In this document: positions 37,283 to 41,983 of the stretch, piece by piece
Layout: each line of letters begins with the position of its first letter
How positions within the stretch are numbered: the stretch's first letter is position 1
DNA from: an uncultured bacterium
Lineage (GTDB): Bacteria; Hydrogenedentota; Hydrogenedentia; Hydrogenedentales; JAEUWI01
Direction: 5' to 3'
Assembly: GCA_963977445.1 (NCBI GenBank)
Contig: CAXBPH010000022.1
Coordinates: 1-41,983, forward strand
DNA: 41,983 bases
Position numbers and translations under genes: made by a program
The notes under the pieces: generated by a model
What the model was told of the DNA's origin: nothing
What the model saw: the letters and a program-made list of their open reading frames with translations, nothing else
Database searches by the model: none

Positions 37283-38323
37283 TCAAGACGGTCGTGGTGC
37301 GGCAGGGGAAGCCATGAAGGCGTCATCATTGTGGTATATCGCAAAGACGAGCTCCATGGCCTTGAGGGCCTGTTCCGAATTTCCCGAGGTGACTACGGTG
37401 TCATCGCGGACGCATTGGATAAAGGTATCCAGTTCGGTGGCCCAACTTGGGTCTTCGTCGAAATAGAGGGTTTCTTCTGCAGGGGGAGTGCGTGGGCCCG
37501 CCCCTTCCGGTGCCCTGCGGGCAATGGTGAGTGTCTCGTCACCATAACTTCGGGAGCTGGTGAGGAATCCGTCCACGGAAAGATAGCCCTTGCTGAGATA
37601 GATCTCGAAGTTAAAGCGATGCTTCCACTGGGTGCTTGAGCTGTGAATCTGGGCAATACGCCCCACACCATCCCGAAGCAGAGCGAAGGCGTTGTCTTCC
37701 ATCTTCGCGTCCCAATGGGCGCTGGTAACCATGCTCTTCACCTCGACGATATCGCCGAGAAACATGCGGACCAGATCGAGCATATGAATGCCCTGGTCGA
37801 GGAGGATACCCCCGCCCGCAAGAGCTTTTTCGCCGCGCCAGGCTTCACCGATATCTGATTTTCCATAGACGCCGCGAATCCAGAGCAGTTCACCGAGTCG
37901 CCCGCTCATGGCGATGCGATGGGCCTCCTGGATGCCTGCATGGAAACGATGATTGAATCCAAAGGCCAGCTTCCGCCCGGGGTATTGGGCTTCCGCAGCA
38001 CGGATGCGCTCAATATCTGCGACGGTACAGCCCGGCGGTTTTTCGGCAAAGACGTGTTTACCTGCGTGCAGAGCGGCGACTACCGTATCGGCCACGAAAT
38101 TATTGGGTACACAGACAAAAATGACATCCACATCGGCCTGAAGCACCCCATCGGGCGTGGTCGAGCAGGCGACGTGGGGCCACGCTTCCTGGAAGGCCCG
38201 CGGATCGGGATCCGCACCACAGACAAGGCGCACGTCATCCCGTTGGCTCAGCTCGCGGGCCCGGAGGCACCCCATCTTGCCGAGGCCAATAATGCCGACC
38301 CCTATCGGTTCCTGGCCAGCCAT
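37283..38323 (-). CDS. Gfo/Idh/MocA family oxidoreductase
   Basis: IIGLGKMG, AEKP, GFNHRFH, GGGILLDQGIHMLD. Confidence 0.92.
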   Translation of the reverse strand: MAGQEPIGVGIIGLGKMGCLRARELSQRDDVRLVCGADPDPRAFQEAWPHVACSTTPDGVLQADVDVIFVCVPNNFVADTVVAALHAGKHVFAEKPPGCTVADIERIRAAEAQYPGRKLAFGFNHRFHAGIQEAHRIAMSGRLGELLWIRGVYGKSDIGEAWRGEKALAGGGILLDQGIHMLDLVRMFLGDIVEVKSMVTSAHWDAKMEDNAFALLRDGVGRIAQIHSSSTQWKHRFNFEIYLSKGYLSVDGFLTSSRSYGDETLTIARRAPEGAGPRTPPAEETLYFDEDPSWATELDTFIQCVRDDTVVTSGNSEQALKAMELVFAIYHNDDAFMASPAAPRPS

Positions 38324-38324
38324 G

Positions 38325-38945
38325 TCAGTGGTGGAGATACTTACCGCGGGACATGGCAATATAGGTGATCAGTACATGGCCAAGGATGTTAAAGACATCT
38401 TCGACCGGGCCATATTCATCTTTGGTCGTCGGGATGACCACCGAGATTTTACAGTGTTCCGCGAGCCGTCCACCGTCGAAACCGGCATAGCCGATGGTCG
38501 TGGCACCGTTGGCGTTCGCATAGTCTACCGCTTGAATCAGGTTTTCGCTGTTGCCACTGACCGACATGGCCAGCACCACATCTCCGGGGCGCATGTGGAC
38601 GCGGAGCTGGTGGGAAAAGATGTGGTCAAAGCCCGCGTCGTTGCCGAGGGCGGTGACCGTGGCCACGTTGTCCGTCAGACAGAGGGTGCGCAACCGGGCC
38701 TTGTCGTCGAGAAAACATCCGGCCACGAGATCATTTACCAGGTGGGACGCCGATGCCGCGCTGCCGCCGTTGGCCATGCTGAAAAGGGTGTTTCCTCGTT
38801 GACTGCACTGTTCGACCGCATCAATCGTCGCCGCGATGGCGTCCTTATCGAGTACATTGAGGAGTTCCGTCAGGCGATTGGTATAGGCCTGAAAGTAGTC
38901 CTGGGCCGTTGTGGCCTGGCCGTGAATTTCGGCGAGTTTGTGCAC
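38325..38945 (-). CDS. SIS-domain phosphosugar isomerase (GmhA-like)
   Basis: NGGSAASASH, TALGND.G, SVSGNSEN, GFDGG, VED...GH. Confidence 0.92.
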   Translation of the reverse strand: MHKLAEIHGQATTAQDYFQAYTNRLTELLNVLDKDAIAATIDAVEQCSQRGNTLFSMANGGSAASASHLVNDLVAGCFLDDKARLRTLCLTDNVATVTALGNDAGFDHIFSHQLRVHMRPGDVVLAMSVSGNSENLIQAVDYANANGATTIGYAGFDGGRLAEHCKISVVIPTTKDEYGPVEDVFNILGHVLITYIAMSRGKYLHH

Positions 38946-39028
38946 GTTTGTCTCCTTTTGAAGTGCCTGGAGGGCACCGATATGCTGTTGGATATCCGAT
39001 GAATTGGTATTACTTTCCCGAGAGGGCT

Positions 39029-40054
39029 TCAGCCCGATTTTCGAAGGGCAAGGCGCACATGGGAACTCAAGCGATGTTTTTGCAGGAAGGCCTGAAAATC
39101 ACGGTGAGCAAGTTCGCCCCGATCGTGGATTAAGGCCCGCAAGAATGGTGGCAACGCGACCGTGGGGTCCGAGGCACACGTTTGAAGCACCAGTTCCACG
39201 TCCAATTGTCCGGGGGTGCTCAATTCTATCAGTTCGAAGCCGCTTCGTTGTACCAGAAGTTCCAATCCGTCGATGGAGAGCAGGTTCAAGTGTTCGGGTA
39301 CGTAGAAGTAGGCCGCTTTCTCTCCCAATACCTGGACGTCGAAGCCCGAACAGGTCCGCGTGGTCAGGAAGAGCATACCCTCCGGTTTCAAACAGGCATG
39401 AAGTCCCTGCAAATAGTCCAGCGGTGACTGTTGGTGCTCCAGTTTCTGGAAGGCGCTCAAGACGTCGAAGGACATTGCCGGGATGGAGGCGTGTTCCACC
39501 ACGGAAGGGCCGCAGCACGCCGCTATGGGCACCAGCGGTTCCAGACTGTGCAACGTCGAAAATAGTCCCAGTTCTGCCACCTCGTCGAATAGAAAGGGAG
39601 AACTACTGCCTACATCGCCGTAGACGAATTCGGGCGTTTCTTCACCAAGGTCTACCAGCTGTCCCATCCACGAAGCGAGGGAGCGAAGCAGATGAACGCG
39701 GCGTTGCGAGGCGGTTTCCTCTCCAAACTGGGCCGTGCGAAAATGACTGGCTTCCGACTCCTTGTAATAACGCGCCAGATCTTCGGTCCGTGGCCTTGGA
39801 TTAACAAAAAGGCTCGTGCACTGAGCGCACCGGGCGTAATCGAAGCCATTCTTCGTGAAGGCACAATGATTTTTCGACGTGTCGCACGCTGGACAGGGCA
39901 CGGACTGAAGGGATTCGGCGGCCCCAAAATACAGGGTCGCATCGCGCTCGGACAGGCGCACCAACTCGCTCAGGAGCTCGGGTGGCCGAATGTCGGCGTC
40001 ATGGAGACCACTGGTAAGGACCGTATGTTTTGTGACGCGATGGGAACCCGGCAT
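39029..40054 (-). CDS. Class I SAM-dependent methyltransferase-like protein with Zn-binding N-domain
   Basis: CPAC...CAQC..LFVNPRP, DVGS, FDV..AF..LEH, LKPEG, PEHLN, STPG.LDV; start inferred at MPGSHRV after GGAG. Confidence 0.85.
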   Translation of the reverse strand: MPGSHRVTKHTVLTSGLHDADIRPPELLSELVRLSERDATLYFGAAESLQSVPCPACDTSKNHCAFTKNGFDYARCAQCTSLFVNPRPRTEDLARYYKESEASHFRTAQFGEETASQRRVHLLRSLASWMGQLVDLGEETPEFVYGDVGSSSPFLFDEVAELGLFSTLHSLEPLVPIAACCGPSVVEHASIPAMSFDVLSAFQKLEHQQSPLDYLQGLHACLKPEGMLFLTTRTCSGFDVQVLGEKAAYFYVPEHLNLLSIDGLELLVQRSGFELIELSTPGQLDVELVLQTCASDPTVALPPFLRALIHDRGELAHRDFQAFLQKHRLSSHVRLALRKSG

Positions 40055-40389
40055 GACCGTCTCCAGCGGGTTAAAGTGATATGAAAAGGATTGGTTTATG
40101 TGTATTTTCAGGTGGGGTGCAATTACACCACAGGGTTGCAGAGCGATGCAATGGTAAGGCGAAAGTAGCGTCTCCGTTTTTCCTGCGACTCGATAGGGAG
40201 TACTTAGACGTGCTGAGCATGGACGCGGTGCCAACAACCAAGGCCATGCAAGAGGAATTGAAGACGGTCAATCCAGCAGGGCACCGCAGCAGGATGGGGG
40301 CCTGTCGAAATACACTAACAATGCGCCCGATGACTGGCGCACCTGGAGCTGGAGTCGCTGGCGGGCACAGAAGGCCACGAAGTGACGCA

Positions 40390-40587
40390 CTATTCGTTCT
40401 CCTCCATGACGCACGGCGCGAATAGGTGGGTGTCGTCAAAAGCGCCGGGTTCGCCCAGGGAAAGGATAGGGCCGTCGTGGTCCCGCTCCCAGGCTTGCGC
40501 GGCGAGGTCTATGGTGAAAGCGGACGGAGCGCTGAGCACAAGCGCGGATAGTAACAGGAGAAAGCAGACTGGTCGTCGAAGATGCAC
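40390..40587 (-). pseudogene. N-terminal fragment of a secreted five-bladed beta-propeller glycosidase-like protein
   Basis: Signal peptide then W.R..DGPILSLGEPGAFDD..LFAPCV; stops after 65 aa with no recognisable continuation. Confidence 0.55.
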
Positions 40588-40642
40588 GGTAAACCCTTTC
40601 TGGTTTGGGTTTTCCGTTATACACCAAGGGGAATGTTTTTTT

Positions 40643-41453
40643 ACCACGAAGGACGCGAAGAGCATGAAGGGAAGAAAGAAGAACAAGTTGGACGTGTCCA
40701 ACAGGGGGTTGACCATTCCTGGTCGACATAAGGCCCACGTCAGGTTCCATGGGGCCCGTGACGTTGTTCAAGGGGGGATTCACGTGTAAGGGCGGATTCA
40801 TGGATGCTTACTTTTTTTACCACGAAGTGCGTAGAGCAGCCGTTGGCCGCAACCAAAGATTTTGAACCACGAATGAACACTAATTTACACGAATATTATT
40901 GGCGGAAATCAAATAATTGACCACGGATAAATCGGATAACACGGATGCTTAGGGACGGAAATCTATCGAAAGTCGCCCCTCGAACAATCCATACCGACGC
41001 GAATTTAATTGGGAACTCTTATTTGTAGTTTATCTTGTTTTATCCGTGTTATCCGTCTCATCCGTGGTCAAAATCGGAAATTTTCTCCAGCCTTGATCCG
41101 TGACTGTAACCTTAAGAATGCCATTGTGGTACGAACTTTTGCGAAATGTTCTCTTGTCTAAAAAACAAGAAAACGCTGGATAGTAGTACGAAGAAAAAAG
41201 AAGGAAGTAGAACCAAGAGAGAAAAAGCGCGCAATATAAGAGGAATGAATAAGACGGTCTTCGACGTTGCGGCAAAATACAGTCGGTGCGCGGTGCGTCG
41301 ACACGTAGGGAGTTCTCCCTCAGGGGGACGGCCCCGACCATCAACGATTCGGACCTTTCCCACGATTTCCCTGGCACCATGACATCCGCCCGCTACCACC
41401 ACGCGAACTGGGTCGGTGCAGTCCCCGAATGTGCTCTTCGCGTCTTTCGTGGT
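40643..41453. repeat. Nested inverted repeats built from 9-10-bp tandem units (ACCACGRAN family)
   Basis: Outer IR 40643-40664 / 41432-41453 (21/22). Inner IR 40917-40946 / 41042-41071. Additional units at 40819 and 40866-40894. Confidence 0.88.
41323..41428. repeat. GGGGAC-family REP-like pair
   Basis: 41412-41428 is the exact reverse complement of 7499-7515; 41323-41338 is the reverse complement of 7590-7605. Confidence 0.85.
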
Positions 41454-41492
41454 GGAAATAATCCCGCGAAAGTACACGGCGACCAACACGCC

Positions 41493-41983
41493 CTACACAC
41501 CGCCACCGAGGTCTAGCTTCTTGAAAACCTGAATGTTGTAGTACTCTTCCTGGCCGAGCTCACCGTAACTTTTCCGTTGGTTATGGAGTGCCGTTACGAT
41601 ATCGGTGATGGCGTGTTTGGGCTGGAATCCAAGATAGGTGCGGGCCTTCTCACACGTGACCTTGTAGTTTCGAAAATCCTGGACGTCGTTCACTTTTACA
41701 CGCACTTTTTTGCCCGTACAGGCTTCCACCTCGTCTTTCACGAAGTCCGCGACCTGCCCGACGGTGAAGTTGTCCTTGGCCACATTAAAAATGCCGCTGA
41801 TGCTCTGGTCGGCCTGTATGGCCCGGAGAAAGGCGCTGGATGTGTCCCGCACGTCGATAATGGGTCGCCAGATGGAGGGGTTGTTCACCGTGATCTCCCC
41901 TTCCTGAATGGCGCACTTAAACATGGTGTTGACGATAAGGTCGAAGCGCATGCGGGGGCTGTGACCACAGACCGTGCCTTGTC
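41493..41983 (-). CDS. NAD-dependent nucleotide-sugar epimerase/dehydratase, C-terminal part (start outside the window)
   Basis: Frame is open to the window edge: QGTVCGHSPRMRFDLIVN, WRP.I.VRD, IFNV, D.RNY.V. Confidence 0.9.
   Translation of the reverse strand, partial: QGTVCGHSPRMRFDLIVNTMFKCAIQEGEITVNNPSIWRPIIDVRDTSSAFLRAIQADQSISGIFNVAKDNFTVGQVADFVKDEVEACTGKKVRVKVNDVQDFRNYKVTCEKARTYLGFQPKHAITDIVTALHNQRKSYGELGQEEYYNIQVFKKLDLGGGV

Noticed and set aside
40643..41453. Possible CRISPR array or tRNA
   Set aside because: Units are short, degenerate and inverted rather than direct and regularly spaced; no cloverleaf is evident.
41030..41516. Several 76-125-aa ORFs in the repeat region
   Set aside because: Low-complexity translations of repeats and an A-rich tract; no GxxExxY, four-helix-bundle or transposase motifs.

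Overview
A GC-rich bacterial chromosomal window with about 34 coding regions. The gene repertoire (WD40 Ser/Thr kinase with a DWG motif, zinc-ribbon membrane proteins, many exported beta-propellers) suggests a PVC-like or Hydrogenedentota-like organism; this is an inference, not something the sequence proves. Recognisable blocks are: a heme biosynthesis operon (ccsA/hemX-like, hemA, fused hemC-hemD, hemB); an ABC exporter pair; a VapBC-type toxin-antitoxin pair; several exported hydrolases and repeat proteins; a tandem Gfo/Idh/MocA pair; a three-gene DUF3592/arrestin-like/P-loop ATPase operon; and the distal end of a minus-strand surface-glycan sugar cluster. I found no rRNA, tRNA, CRISPR array or transposase. 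Intergenic DNA carries at least five distinct palindromic repeat families. The most interesting items are: (1) a penicillin-acylase-family protein whose catalytic Ser and oxyanion Asn appear to be replaced; (2) the DUF3592/arrestin-like/ATPase operon; (3) an approximately 810-bp gene-less element with nested inverted 9-mer-periodic repeats inside the glycan cluster; (4) an orphan minus-strand terminator embedded in a multi-helix candidate RNA upstream of the heme operon; and (5) a 44-aa Lys-rich protein too short for the ORF track. All family assignments are by eye from motifs; no database search was run.
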